64,000 bases of DNA from Gemmatimonadales bacterium (GCA_037189525.1 JBBCJC010000005.1:1024001-1088000), one strand, 5' to 3'; numbered from the stretch's first letter, positions 31,110 through 42,789 are shown. The notes: generated by a model from the letters alone, not told the origin. Translations and numbers: made by a program.

Positions 31110-34100
31110 ATGCGCACCATGCTAGTGCTCACATGCGGCACGCTGGTCGGAGCTGCAGCTCTAGGGCGGGTATCTCGACACCTCACCCAGGTCCCCATGG
31201 CGCCGGCGCTCAACGTCGATTCGGTCAACAGCGGCCCGGTTGATCGCCGCGACCTCTGCCTGACGATCCCCCTTACAGTGGACGTGGCCTCGGAATGTGG
31301 TGACCTTCGGATCACGCACACTCTTCCAGCATTCCGCACCATGAATGCAAACCGTGCTCCCACACTCCTCTACAACGCGCAGTTTGCCCACCCGTACCCT
31401 CTGTTTCGCGCGCTCGTCACCTTGCCGGTCGGAGCAGCTGTCCCGGACAGCGTGGTTGCCCGGCTGTGGACGTGCGTCAGCGGCACCTGCACGTTACGAC
31501 AGACGGGCAAGTGGGCCGGTACCGACTGGACGGCGGGAGCGACGCGGCAAGTGGCGTTAAGTTTCAATGGGATTGCCGATTCTACCGGAATCTGGAAAGA
31601 CTCCGTTACCGTCACCAACTGGTACGCAGGCTCGCCGCAAACCACGAGTCGGACACTCGAACGGGTTATCGTGAATCGCTTCAACAGTCCGTTCGGCTTC
31701 GGGTGGTGGATCGCGGGTCTCGAGATGCTGTCGCTGCCCTCCATGACGTGGGTAAGCGGCCGCGGCGACGTGCATCGCTATCAAACTGCTGGTACGAATC
31801 GGTGGGTTGGGCCCAGTATCACCCACCCCGATACCCTTGCCTGGAATCCATCGCTTTCACGCTACATCCGGTTTGCCCCGGGAGGTCTCCAAGTTCATTT
31901 CGATGCGACCGGGCGCCACATTCGAACCGTGAATCGGCAGGGGGATTCCACCTTCTTTACCTATAGCGGCGGCCTGTTGACGGGCATCGGGCTCTCCGGC
32001 CCCAATCGAACTGCCGTCAGATCCTATACCCTTGCCTATACATCGGGCATCCTCTCCAGTGTTTCGGCGGCAACGCCGGGCGGTGCAACACGGACTACGA
32101 GCTTCACTCGCAGCAGTGCATCAACGATCATTACGGACCCCGATGGCTTCACCACGACTTATCAGCATCTGTTGTCGAATCCGGAACTGATTCAATACCG
32201 CTTTGACAGGCGGGGCACTCAGACTCAATTCAGCTACCAGAGTTGGGGAGGGCTCAAAATCCAGTGGGCAACGACGACGATGGGCGTTGGCCTGCCGACT
32301 ATTACCACGACGCTCCGACCACAACAGACCCTTGGCCTCCCAACCGCACCTGTCCCGAACGCGGTCGATACAGCCAAACTCTATACTTTCATCGACGGTC
32401 CGCGGACGGATGTGGCCGACACGACAACCGTTCGGTTGAACCGTTATGGCGCGCCTAAGGTCATCATAGGACGCTTGGGCTTGATTGCACATCTCAACCG
32501 GCAGGACACTCGGCTTCCCGGGCTCGTAACCGAAACGATACAGCCGAACGGGTGGCGTGTCACTCTTGCCTATGATATTCGTGGCAACGATTCGGTGCGG
32601 ACGGACTACTCATTCAGTCCGCCCGCAGTAACGCGCTACCGATGGGATGGCCGATTTGATCAGATGACAAGGATTGAACCCCCAATGGGGAACAATCTCA
32701 TTTTCTACGTCAATTCGACGACGGGCAACCGCGATTCGATGGCAGATGCCCGTTCCATCCCCCGCGTGGTTCGTTACGGCTACAATGCCAACCGCCAGCT
32801 CACACAAATCACCGCACCGGGACAGGGTACGGAGGTCTATAGTTACGATCCGCGGCTCGGCAACCTCAGCCAGACAATCACACCGCGAGGACTAGCGACC
32901 GAATACTATGTGGATTCAATCGGACGCAACCGCCTGATCCGCGTCCCCATTGATACCGTGTTCCCCACCCGCTACTACGATCAACGGCTGGGCTACGACG
33001 TATTGGACCGCATCATAGCCGATTCGCTGATTGCCGCAGCGGTCACCGGAGCGACGGCTGAGACCTTGTTCGTCACTCGGGCGTACAACCGGAACGGCCA
33101 GGACTCAACCATAACGCGACGGCAGGTGCCCAATCCATCCGGCGTCTCCACGCTGACCACATTGTGGTACTACGATCGCGCAGGACGGCCCGTGAAGGAA
33201 GTGGCTCCCGACGGCGCGAAGGATAGCACGGAGTATGATCGCGCAGGAAATCCCATCAAGATTCTGACGCGACGCGGACACGCCATTGTGCAGCGGTACG
33301 ATGAGCTCAACCGGCTCGATCGACGTATCACTCCGCCGGTTACACGCAGCGACACCACCTGGCCGTATTCCCGGCCTCCGGCACCGATCGACACATTGCT
33401 GTATTACCCATATACGATTCCCGGCGATACGGCCACGTTCACATACGACTTGAGCGGAAACATCCTGACGGCCAATAACAGCGCGAGCCGTATTACCAGA
33501 TCGGTCGCGGGCGATGGACGCATCCTCTCTGAAACGCAGCAAATCGTACGGGTCGACCGGACGTTCTCAGGGCACGTGTATACCGTCAATTACGCCTATG
33601 ACCAAGGCGGGCGTCGGACGGGCATCAAAGCACCCGCGCTCTTCGCCGTCGCGGGGCGCGACAGCATCAACTATACCTGGGATCCGGCAACAGGGTTTCT
33701 TACTTCGGTCCGCGACGTTGGGAATCACACTGTGGCATTCACGGTAGGTCGCCAGAACCTCGATTCTATCGTCACCTACCCCGGCGGCTACATTCGACAT
33801 TTGCGATGGAATATCAATGACGGGCTCGTGAGAGATAGTGTCGCCAATACGTCGACCGCGCCCCCTCGCTGGCAGTACGCTATTCTGAGGAACATTCCGG
33901 GAATTACCTATGACGCGCGCGACAAAGTCTTGCGCCTGCGCAGCACGGCCTTGTACCCGGATACGACCTTCGCAGAGTACAACGGCGCCGGACGTGTCAT
34001 CCGATCTGGAAATCAGCAGTCGGGGCGCAATGCCCTTGGATCGCAAACACAGTTCCGTGCAGGCGGTACGTTTACTTACGACCCCACGGGCAACCTCCTC

Positions 34101-35630
34101 ACTCAGGTGAGCAGAGATACGATCTCAGCAGGAGGCTCGATGCAGATCGGCGGCCAGACGCTGAGCTACACGTATCAGGCCGCGACAGCACGGTTGCTCA
34201 GCATGACACAGAGTTATCCGGGAACAACCAACTGGAATTTCGCCTACGACCCATCCGGCAACACCCGGTTTGAAGCCAAAGGGGGTATCGCAGGCGTACC
34301 GACGATACAGCGGGCAAGCCTTTATGACGCCCAGAACCAGCTCCGCATCGTCGACCTCTGGACCGGATTCGCGGGTTGGCTCCCGGCCCAACCTACCCAC
34401 CATTTCGTCGACGAGTTTCGTTATGACGCCCTGGGCCGGCGGGTATGGAATCGGATGCAGGCTATCTGTTGGGCTTCGACCGATGGACGGTGTGCCTCGC
34501 CTTACGTGCGTCGCGTGATATGGGACGGCTGGCAGATACTCGGCGAGATTCAAGCCCCGGGCAGCAAAGCTCAGAGCACACTGTGGGAACAGGATACGGG
34601 CGGGACGACGATTCCCTATTCCAATTCCGGCAGTGGCGGAACCTCGCCCGACCCCAACCGGTTCTACGGTCAGGTTCTGTACGCGCATGGGAATGCGACC
34701 GACCAACCCGTCACAATTACGCGCTACAGCTATACCGATACCCCAACGACGACACAGGTCACGTGGCCCGGCGTACAGACGATCGTACCGTTCTGGACAT
34801 GGGACGGCGTTCCGGCACTGGGAGCCTTCGCTGACGGTGTCGTAGATCGAGCGTTCAATGGTGCCTCAACATGCGTTCCGTTCGGAACCGGCGCCAATCG
34901 CTGCTACCTTATCGCCTGGCAGGGTACACAATCAGCCTATAGCCAACGCAACGGGCTTCAAGGTGACCAGTATTATTGGCACGGATCACTGTTCCAGGCC
35001 CAGCGCGGGGCGACGGGGCAAGACTATCGCCGATTTCGGTACTATAATCCGACAATCGGACGGTTTACACAAGAAGATCCCATCGGGCTGGCGGGCGGGC
35101 TCAACCTCTACGGCTTTGCCAATGGGGACCCGGTCAACTTCTCTGATCCCTTCGGACTCTGCACGCCGCCGGACTCTCCCGAATGTCGCTTGATCATGAT
35201 GGTGGCGTCACGGACTCGGGGGCTTATGCATCTTCGGCCCGTGATGCTTGCAGTCGCGTCGCTACCTACGATGGGGATGGGTAGCGGAGCACTCACCCTC
35301 ACGAGTCTCGGGGAAGCAGCTGGCGCAGCAACTGTCACCGCCACGGCACGGATTATTGGTTCCTATCCGGGGTATCTGCAGGCGGGAGAAGCCCTTGGAG
35401 CCAAGGTCTTCGACGTTCCGGCGAAGGTCTGGAGTACAATGTCGGAGGCAGCTCAGTGGGCGGCAAACCAAAGATTTCTGGATCGAGGGATCAAGGAGGG
35501 AGCGGAGTTTATCCTGTCTACTCTTCGATCTGAAATTCGTCGTGGATCCGCCCTTGAGAGAGAGGTGAATTATCTCTTGGCGAACGGATACCGGTGGGCA
35601 GAAAGTGGCATGAGCCTGATACCGAAGTGA
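31110..35630 (+). CDS. Rhs/YD-repeat polymorphic toxin
   Basis: Many YD repeats; core end RYYNPTIGRFTQEDPIGLAGGLNLYGFANGDPVNFSDPFGL followed by ~155 aa C-terminal tip; GAGGA RBS. Confidence 0.93.
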   Translation: MRTMLVLTCGTLVGAAALGRVSRHLTQVPMAPALNVDSVNSGPVDRRDLCLTIPLTVDVASECGDLRITHTLPAFRTMNANRAPTLLYNAQFAHPYPLFRALVTLPVGAAVPDSVVARLWTCVSGTCTLRQTGKWAGTDWTAGATRQVALSFNGIADSTGIWKDSVTVTNWYAGSPQTTSRTLERVIVNRFNSPFGFGWWIAGLEMLSLPSMTWVSGRGDVHRYQTAGTNRWVGPSITHPDTLAWNPSLSRYIRFAPGGLQVHFDATGRHIRTVNRQGDSTFFTYSGGLLTGIGLSGPNRTAVRSYTLAYTSGILSSVSAATPGGATRTTSFTRSSASTIITDPDGFTTTYQHLLSNPELIQYRFDRRGTQTQFSYQSWGGLKIQWATTTMGVGLPTITTTLRPQQTLGLPTAPVPNAVDTAKLYTFIDGPRTDVADTTTVRLNRYGAPKVIIGRLGLIAHLNRQDTRLPGLVTETIQPNGWRVTLAYDIRGNDSVRTDYSFSPPAVTRYRWDGRFDQMTRIEPPMGNNLIFYVNSTTGNRDSMADARSIPRVVRYGYNANRQLTQITAPGQGTEVYSYDPRLGNLSQTITPRGLATEYYVDSIGRNRLIRVPIDTVFPTRYYDQRLGYDVLDRIIADSLIAAAVTGATAETLFVTRAYNRNGQDSTITRRQVPNPSGVSTLTTLWYYDRAGRPVKEVAPDGAKDSTEYDRAGNPIKILTRRGHAIVQRYDELNRLDRRITPPVTRSDTTWPYSRPPAPIDTLLYYPYTIPGDTATFTYDLSGNILTANNSASRITRSVAGDGRILSETQQIVRVDRTFSGHVYTVNYAYDQGGRRTGIKAPALFAVAGRDSINYTWDPATGFLTSVRDVGNHTVAFTVGRQNLDSIVTYPGGYIRHLRWNINDGLVRDSVANTSTAPPRWQYAILRNIPGITYDARDKVLRLRSTALYPDTTFAEYNGAGRVIRSGNQQSGRNALGSQTQFRAGGTFTYDPTGNLLTQVSRDTISAGGSMQIGGQTLSYTYQAATARLLSMTQSYPGTTNWNFAYDPSGNTRFEAKGGIAGVPTIQRASLYDAQNQLRIVDLWTGFAGWLPAQPTHHFVDEFRYDALGRRVWNRMQAICWASTDGRCASPYVRRVIWDGWQILGEIQAPGSKAQSTLWEQDTGGTTIPYSNSGSGGTSPDPNRFYGQVLYAHGNATDQPVTITRYSYTDTPTTTQVTWPGVQTIVPFWTWDGVPALGAFADGVVDRAFNGASTCVPFGTGANRCYLIAWQGTQSAYSQRNGLQGDQYYWHGSLFQAQRGATGQDYRRFRYYNPTIGRFTQEDPIGLAGGLNLYGFANGDPVNFSDPFGLCTPPDSPECRLIMMVASRTRGLMHLRPVMLAVASLPTMGMGSGALTLTSLGEAAGAATVTATARIIGSYPGYLQAGEALGAKVFDVPAKVWSTMSEAAQWAANQRFLDRGIKEGAEFILSTLRSEIRRGSALEREVNYLLANGYRWAESGMSLIPK

Positions 35631-35637
35631 GGGAAAA

Positions 35638-36057
35638 ATGGCTAAGGACTTACTGCGCTTGGTGCAGACGTATTTGGTGCCGACCGTTGCTCAGGATCGC
35701 ATGCAGATCCTCAGTCATGAGGAATCAGACTCATTCGACAACGCCTTCGTTATTCTGGAGTGGCGAGGCGTGCGGGTACGAGTACTTCGGGAACGTAGCC
35801 AGGTCTTCGTGGACTTTGGTTCTTCGGTCGAGCCAGCGGTTTGGTTTGACTCTGCTGTTGTGATGGAATATTTGGGGCTCTCCGAGACAGCTGGGTGGCA
35901 CGACCGAGACGGTGCCGTGGTCCTGAAAGGTTTGGCCGACTTTCTCCGAACATTCGCATCTGAACTGGCAGCGCGTTTTAACCCGGCGAACTTCACGGTG
36001 GCTAAGCAGGAGCTAACACGAGTGCGCAAAGACCAAGCAGCCCGACGGTTTGGATAG
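35638..36057 (+). CDS. Putative cognate immunity protein
   Basis: 139 aa ORF 7 nt after the Rhs stop, with RBS; followed by a terminator. Confidence 0.7.
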   Translation: MAKDLLRLVQTYLVPTVAQDRMQILSHEESDSFDNAFVILEWRGVRVRVLRERSQVFVDFGSSVEPAVWFDSAVVMEYLGLSETAGWHDRDGAVVLKGLADFLRTFASELAARFNPANFTVAKQELTRVRKDQAARRFG

Positions 36058-36077
36058 GATTTCAGCCACCAATGTAA

Positions 36078-36113
36078 GCGAAGGGGTTCGGTCCACTCGA
36101 GCCCCTTTGTTTA
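36078..36113 (+). terminator. Terminator after the Rhs-immunity pair
   Basis: AAGGGGTTCG-GTCCACT-CGAGCCCCTT-TGTTT. Confidence 0.65.
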
Positions 36114-37166
36114 TTACTTAGGCCCAGTTCGCTGGCAGGTTTCCACGAGGGCCTCGACGAATGCAGGAGGAGCGCCTCGCATTGAGAGCCAAACCGACCC
36201 ATGGGTCGACTGTCGAAACGACTACCTGGAGGCATGTCCAGGGCACTTCGAAGTGCACACTGGCCTGCAGTTTCCCGGTGGGAACACTGACCGTGGTCAA
36301 TGCTGGGTTATTCGCTCCCACAGGCCGAGGTGCATGTTGAGATCATGCAGTACTGGGTCGCTCATGACCTCAGGGACGAGCCTGATCCTTTAGCTCCCTT
36401 GTGCTCATCAGAGGACTGAGACCCGTTTCCTATCCCGAACCCCTTCCGTGGTCGGCGTGGTCTTCTTATATCGGCGGGCACGAGTCGCCACCAGATCACT
36501 TCAGGCTGAAAGTTTCTACACCAAAGGAAGCTGGCGATTTCGTAAGTATTAAGTTCAAGGAAGATGACCGTGGCGAATACCCGGATTGAGGATCATCCGC
36601 CCTTCGGTCTTCATGCTAGTATCCAGGTGTGGGGGAATGGGGCTCAGACGTTGCCTCAGACATGTTATGCCGTAGCGAAGATTCAATGCGGGAGTTTCTA
36701 GTTTATTTTCGATGCGGAATCGCAGGATGAGATTCAACTTCCGAACCATCGATACGTCGGATGCAAATACCGAATCGATGTCGACGAAGTGGTAGGGTGG
36801 ATATGCTTAAGGACCGCGATAGCCTGCTCTACTTAGCGAAGATCCTTGTCCGCTGTGCGCTCGGCAAGCATGTTGCTGGCTTTCACTGAAGGTGGGCGTT
36901 GCCAGCAGACCTGACATCACAGGGCTCCTGAGTTGACGGTATATTCGACCGCCACCGGCGCGTAGGTAACGACTAGGACGTCACACACGGAAGCACTTTG
37001 TCCCCGGATCGGGGTTCTGTTAAAGTCAAAGTTGGTAGACTACGCTATAAGGCGCGACGGCAGACTCTGCGCGTAGTAGCGGCATTGGTGTTGTCTGAAT
37101 TCGCTCGAAACGCGGCAAAGCGACCCATGGAGAATCGATGGGTCGCTTCGTTTTCAAGGAACGGCA

Positions 37167-38369
37167 ATGAACGATCTGCTGCCTGAAAAGGTTCAGCGGG
37201 GCAACATCTGGCGCCTGTCCATCGCGCAAGCGCTGGCGGGCGCCAACTCCGTAGTCGTGTATGCCACAGGCGCCATCATCGGCGCCAAGCTGGCCCCGTC
37301 GCCGATGCTGGCCACACTGCCCATTTCCATCTTCGTGGTCGGCATGGCGGCGTGCATCCTCCCCATGGGTGCCATCGCTCGGCGGCATGGCCGACGGGCC
37401 GCGTTCATGGCGGGCACAGGGACCGGGATCCTGGCCGGTATACTCGCCATGATCGCCGTGATCATGGACGGGTTCTGGTTGTTCTGCCTGGCGACTTTCT
37501 TCGGCGGCAGCTATGCAGCCGTGGTGCAGTCGTTCCGTTTCGCAGCCGCCGACGGTGTAGCGCCGGCGCGGCGCGCGCGGGCGCTGTCGCTGGTGATGGC
37601 CGGGGGTGTGGCCGCCGGCATAGTAGGTCCGCAACTGGTGACATGGACGATGGATCTGTGGCCTCCGCACCTGTTCGCGGCCACCTTCCTCGTGCAAGCA
37701 CTGGTTGCCGGCGCCGCTGCCGTCATCCTGCTGGGCGTGCAGCTGCCCATGCCCACGGCGGAGGAGATTGCCGGAGGGCGGCCGCTCTCGGTGATTGCGC
37801 GCCAACCGCGCTTCGTCGCCGCCGCCATTGGCGGGGCTGTGTCGTACATGCTGATGAACTTCCTGATGACGGCCGCGCCGCTTGCCATGCACAACCAGGG
37901 GCACTCGCAGGTATCGGCCAACCTGGGCCTGCAATGGCACGTCATCGCGATGTTCGCCCCCAGTTTCTTTACCGGCGGTCTGATCACACGCTTCGGCGCC
38001 GGACGCGTGGCGACCGTCGGGTTGATTCTGACCGGACTCTCCGCCGCCATCGGACTGGGAGGCGTGGACGTCGCGCACTTCTGGGCCACCCTGATCCTGC
38101 TCGGCCTGGGTTGGAATTTCGGCTTCCTCGGTGCGTCCACCCTGGTGCTGGAATCCCATCGGCCCGAGGAGAAGACCCGGGTGCAGTCGCTCAACGACTT
38201 CATCGTCTTCGGCCTGATGGTCATCGGCTCGTTTTCGTCGGGCGGCCTGCTCTCTGCGTATGGCTGGAGCACGGTGCTCTGGGTGTCCTTCGTGCCGCTG
38301 GCGCTCGCCGCCGTGGCGCTGGCCAGGGCGATGTCGAGAGACAGCTCTCGCCTGGCTTCCTCGAGATAG
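37167..38369 (+). CDS. MFS transporter
   Basis: ~12 hydrophobic segments; GRRAAF, FRFAAAD, QWHVIAMFAPSFFTG, GWNFG. Confidence 0.92.
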   Translation: MNDLLPEKVQRGNIWRLSIAQALAGANSVVVYATGAIIGAKLAPSPMLATLPISIFVVGMAACILPMGAIARRHGRRAAFMAGTGTGILAGILAMIAVIMDGFWLFCLATFFGGSYAAVVQSFRFAAADGVAPARRARALSLVMAGGVAAGIVGPQLVTWTMDLWPPHLFAATFLVQALVAGAAAVILLGVQLPMPTAEEIAGGRPLSVIARQPRFVAAAIGGAVSYMLMNFLMTAAPLAMHNQGHSQVSANLGLQWHVIAMFAPSFFTGGLITRFGAGRVATVGLILTGLSAAIGLGGVDVAHFWATLILLGLGWNFGFLGASTLVLESHRPEEKTRVQSLNDFIVFGLMVIGSFSSGGLLSAYGWSTVLWVSFVPLALAAVALARAMSRDSSRLASSR

Positions 38370-38527
38370 GCGCCGGCTAGTTCATACCAGGCCCTAACAG
38401 CCCCCCAAAGCGTTGATCTACTGTCCCCAAGGGACGGGATTCGCGTTATGTACCGCGACGTGGCGGCAGCACCTCATCCCCACCGAACCATCGACAACGT
38501 CTATTACTTCACTATATTCCATAGTAC

Positions 38528-39448
38528 ATGTCGATCAATCTCCGCGACCTCGCCATCCGGGACCTCTACGCCATCACCCTGCTGGCGCGTCACCGGCATT
38601 TCGGCCGGGCCGCGGCCGAAGCCGGGATCACCCAGCCCTCGCTGTCCGCCCTGGTTCGACGGGTCGAGTCCGCGCTCGGCACGACACTATTCCACCGGAC
38701 CTCTCGGCGATGCGACATCACCGAGGCCGGCCTGACCGTCGTCGAGACCTTCGAGCGCATGCTCAAGGAACTCGACCACCTGACGACGCCGCCAAGCGCC
38801 GCCGTCATCGAGGGGCCGCTCCGCTTGGGCTTCATCCCGACGCTTGGTCCGTATCTCATTCCCCACCTGCTGGCGCCCGTCCGCAAAGCATTCCCCGCGG
38901 CGCGGCCGTTTTTCTATGAGGAACAGACGGCCTCGCTGGTCGCCATGGTGCGGTCGGGAAAACTCGACTGCGCCATCCTCTCGCTACCGACCGAGTCCGA
39001 AGGCCTCGTGGAGTTACCGCTCTTCGAGGAGGAATTGGTACTCGCCGTCCCGGAGACGCATCCGCTGGCCGCCAAAGACGTCCTGGCCCTGACGGACGTG
39101 GCCCGGACCGAACTGATCCTGATGGAGAACGGCCATTGCCTGCGCGATCAGACCATCGCGCTCTGCGGCCGAGGTGAACTGGATGTGGTGCCGTTCCATG
39201 CCACCGGCCTCGAGACGCTGCGAGGCATGGTCGGGGCCGGCGTCGGGTGCGCGGTATTCCCTGCCCTGGCGGCCCTGGCCGACACCGGCCAGAGCCAGAT
39301 CCGCTATCTCCGGTTCCGGGCCCCCGAGCCGGGACGAACGGTCGGGATCCTGACGCGGCACGACCCAGAGCGTCTGCGGGTCGCCCGAGCCTTCCAAGCC
39401 ATGATGACAACCGTCCCCCTGACGACCTCCTATCGAGCGGCCGCGTAG
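38528..39448 (+). CDS. oxyR: OxyR-like LysR regulator
   Basis: HFGRAA...TQPSLS HTH; GFIPTLGPYLIP; GHCLRDQTIALC with the OxyR C199/C208 spacing. Confidence 0.8.
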   Translation: MSINLRDLAIRDLYAITLLARHRHFGRAAAEAGITQPSLSALVRRVESALGTTLFHRTSRRCDITEAGLTVVETFERMLKELDHLTTPPSAAVIEGPLRLGFIPTLGPYLIPHLLAPVRKAFPAARPFFYEEQTASLVAMVRSGKLDCAILSLPTESEGLVELPLFEEELVLAVPETHPLAAKDVLALTDVARTELILMENGHCLRDQTIALCGRGELDVVPFHATGLETLRGMVGAGVGCAVFPALAALADTGQSQIRYLRFRAPEPGRTVGILTRHDPERLRVARAFQAMMTTVPLTTSYRAAA

Positions 39449-39636
39449 GGCAAACCGGGGGTTAGCGGCTACCTCCTTGTTACTCAAGCAGTTACCGCCC
39501 GACTCTCCCGACGCAACCCGAAACAAAACCTTGACTCTCGACCGCCGTCCGGCCCACTTTTAGCGGTATCGCCAGACGGCAGGGGTACGCTTCGTCGGCC
39601 CCGTCCCAGTACTCACCTCCGTCACCGACTGAAGGT

Positions 39637-40890
<1,254 letters not shown>

Positions 40891-40906
40891 ACACGGCCAT
40901 CCACCC

Positions 40907-41527
40907 GTGGCCATAACCACGCTGTTCTCGGAACTGCCGGTCGAATTCATCGGCAGCTTTCCCGACCCCCGCCATCCGCTCGAACCGCCCCTGGCCGAAC
41001 TGATCTTTCTCGGCCGGTCCAACGTCGGGAAATCGAGCCTGATCAATGCGCTGGCCGGACGTCGGATTGCCAAGACCAGCGGCACCCCCGGCAAGACCCA
41101 GTACCTGAACGCGTTCCGGTTCCCCGGCTTCTACCTGATCGACCTGCCGGGCTACGGCTACGCCAAGCTTGGCCGAGCCGAACGCACCCGGCTACGCAAG
41201 CTGGTCGACGATGTCATCAAAACCAGAAACCGGCGCGGCGCCGTCGTCTGGCTGCTCGACATCCGGCACCCGCCATCCGACGACGATCTGACGATGGCCG
41301 ATCTGCTGGCCGAGGCAGGGCGCGAAACCATCATCGTGCTCACCAAGGGCGACAAGCTGTCGCAAGCCCAGCGGCACGCCGCGGCCAAGGCCCGCGCCGA
41401 CGACCTCGGCCTCGACCCCGACGATCTGCTGCTGACCAGCAGCGCCAAAGGATTCGGTATCGCCGAACTCGCAGAACACCTCGACGAGACCGCTCGAGAC
41501 CCGAACCTGGGACGCGGCACCGGCTGA
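40907..41527 (+). CDS. engB: Ribosome biogenesis GTPase YihA/EngB
   Basis: GRSNVGKSSLIN, DLPGYGY, TKGDK; follows clpX. Confidence 0.93.
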   Translation: MAITTLFSELPVEFIGSFPDPRHPLEPPLAELIFLGRSNVGKSSLINALAGRRIAKTSGTPGKTQYLNAFRFPGFYLIDLPGYGYAKLGRAERTRLRKLVDDVIKTRNRRGAVVWLLDIRHPPSDDDLTMADLLAEAGRETIIVLTKGDKLSQAQRHAAAKARADDLGLDPDDLLLTSSAKGFGIAELAEHLDETARDPNLGRGTG

Positions 41528-41573
41528 CGGCCAATCAGGCACAGCACCTCCTCTCGCCCGACGGCGGAGTCCG

Positions 41574-41675
41574 ATGATGGGCGACCCGATCATTCTGTAT
41601 CTCGCCCTCGGCGTCATCGCGTTCCTGTACGCGTCGGTGGGACATGCCGGCGCCAAGCTCACCTTCGGGATCTAG
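41574..41675 (+). pseudogene. Internally deleted TauE/SafE (sulfite exporter) gene remnant
   Basis: GGAG RBS; MMGDPIILYLALGVIAFLYASVGHAGAKLTFGI*; FLYASVGHAGA matches the TauE N-terminal motif. Confidence 0.6.
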
Positions 41676-41738
41676 CGGGGTTGGGAGGGCAGACCGGCGC
41701 GCCTAGATTGCCGACCGGTCCCCGATTCGAGGTCTCCC

Positions 41739-42575
41739 ATGCCCCTCCTCCCGCTCAAGAAACTCGACCTGCCTGGTGTTGCACGGCAGCGGATCGACCA
41801 ATGGCTGGCCGATCTGGATGAAAGGCTCTCGGGTCCCGAACAGGAATGGGGCCGGGTCTGCCGGGACACGCTCTTTCCCCTCTACTATCCCGGCCAGGGC
41901 ACCTACGATGAGGCCCGGGAGCGGTCGGCGACCTCGCCGGGTGCGCAACTGGCCCTCGATGCCCTCGATCCCGCCAATATCACGCTCGAACCCGAGTATT
42001 ACGCCGATTGTGACACGGCCAGTTTTGCCCGCGTCAAACCGCTGCTTTGGCTCTGGTACTCGTTCGATCGGACCCCACTCGGCGGGCAGAACATCCAGCT
42101 CGGGATCGAACTCCGGCGGCTCCTGGCACGCAGGATTTTCCGGCGCTGCGGCGCCAACTTCAAGTGCTTCCAGCATACCGAATTTTCGTTCGGCTACAAT
42201 ATGGAGGTGGGCGACGACGTCGTGGTCCATCGCCACGTCCTGCTCGACGACCGGGGCGGCATCGTCCTCGGTAACCGCGTCAGTATCTCGGATTACGCCA
42301 ACATCTACAGCCATACCCACAGTATCGTCGATCAGCGGGACGTGACGAACGCCGTCACCACCCTCGAAGACGATGTCCGTATTACCTACCATGCGACCGT
42401 GCTGGCCGGCACCCGGGTGGCCCACAACGGCATGGTGGGCGCCATGGCTCTGGCGACGAAAGATGTGAAGTCCTATCACGTCAACGTCGGGATTCCCGCC
42501 AAATCCGTCCGGGTCAAACCCAACGCCCCGCGCGAAACCTACGTCACGGAACGGGTCGCCCGCCGAGGCGAGTAG
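41739..42575 (+). CDS. Hexapeptide-repeat (LbH) acyltransferase
   Basis: IVLGNRVSISDYANIYSH, LEDDVRI, VGAMALATKDV...VGIPAK. Confidence 0.85.
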   Translation: MPLLPLKKLDLPGVARQRIDQWLADLDERLSGPEQEWGRVCRDTLFPLYYPGQGTYDEARERSATSPGAQLALDALDPANITLEPEYYADCDTASFARVKPLLWLWYSFDRTPLGGQNIQLGIELRRLLARRIFRRCGANFKCFQHTEFSFGYNMEVGDDVVVHRHVLLDDRGGIVLGNRVSISDYANIYSHTHSIVDQRDVTNAVTTLEDDVRITYHATVLAGTRVAHNGMVGAMALATKDVKSYHVNVGIPAKSVRVKPNAPRETYVTERVARRGE

Positions 42576-42627
42576 TCCGTCCCGGCGGCGCCGAGACGGG
42601 CCGCCGACAGCCGGTTCCAGCCCCCGC

Positions 42628-42710
42628 CCGTGACCGGTTCGTCGCCAAACCGTCGCCAGACGGGGCGGCCGTGACACAACCGTTGCAACTTCGTCCCAAA
42701 TCAGAGACGC
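42628..42710 (+). promoter_or_regulatory. Pho-box-like 11-bp direct repeats
   Basis: GT(C/G)(A/G)C-like units at 42630, 42641, 42652 and 42671, 42682, 42693, 42704. Confidence 0.45.
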
Positions 42711-42789
42711 ACGACCGGCAGGTTTGATCGCGTCGAGGGGTCCATGTGGGACAGCCTCGACCCGAATTCCCTAACGACCGGTCGAGACG

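Noticed and set aside
36555..36749. SLT-like motif (PALNLRYGITCL) in a short minus-strand ORF
   Set aside because: No catalytic ES or GLMQ motifs and an in-frame stop shortly upstream; likely chance
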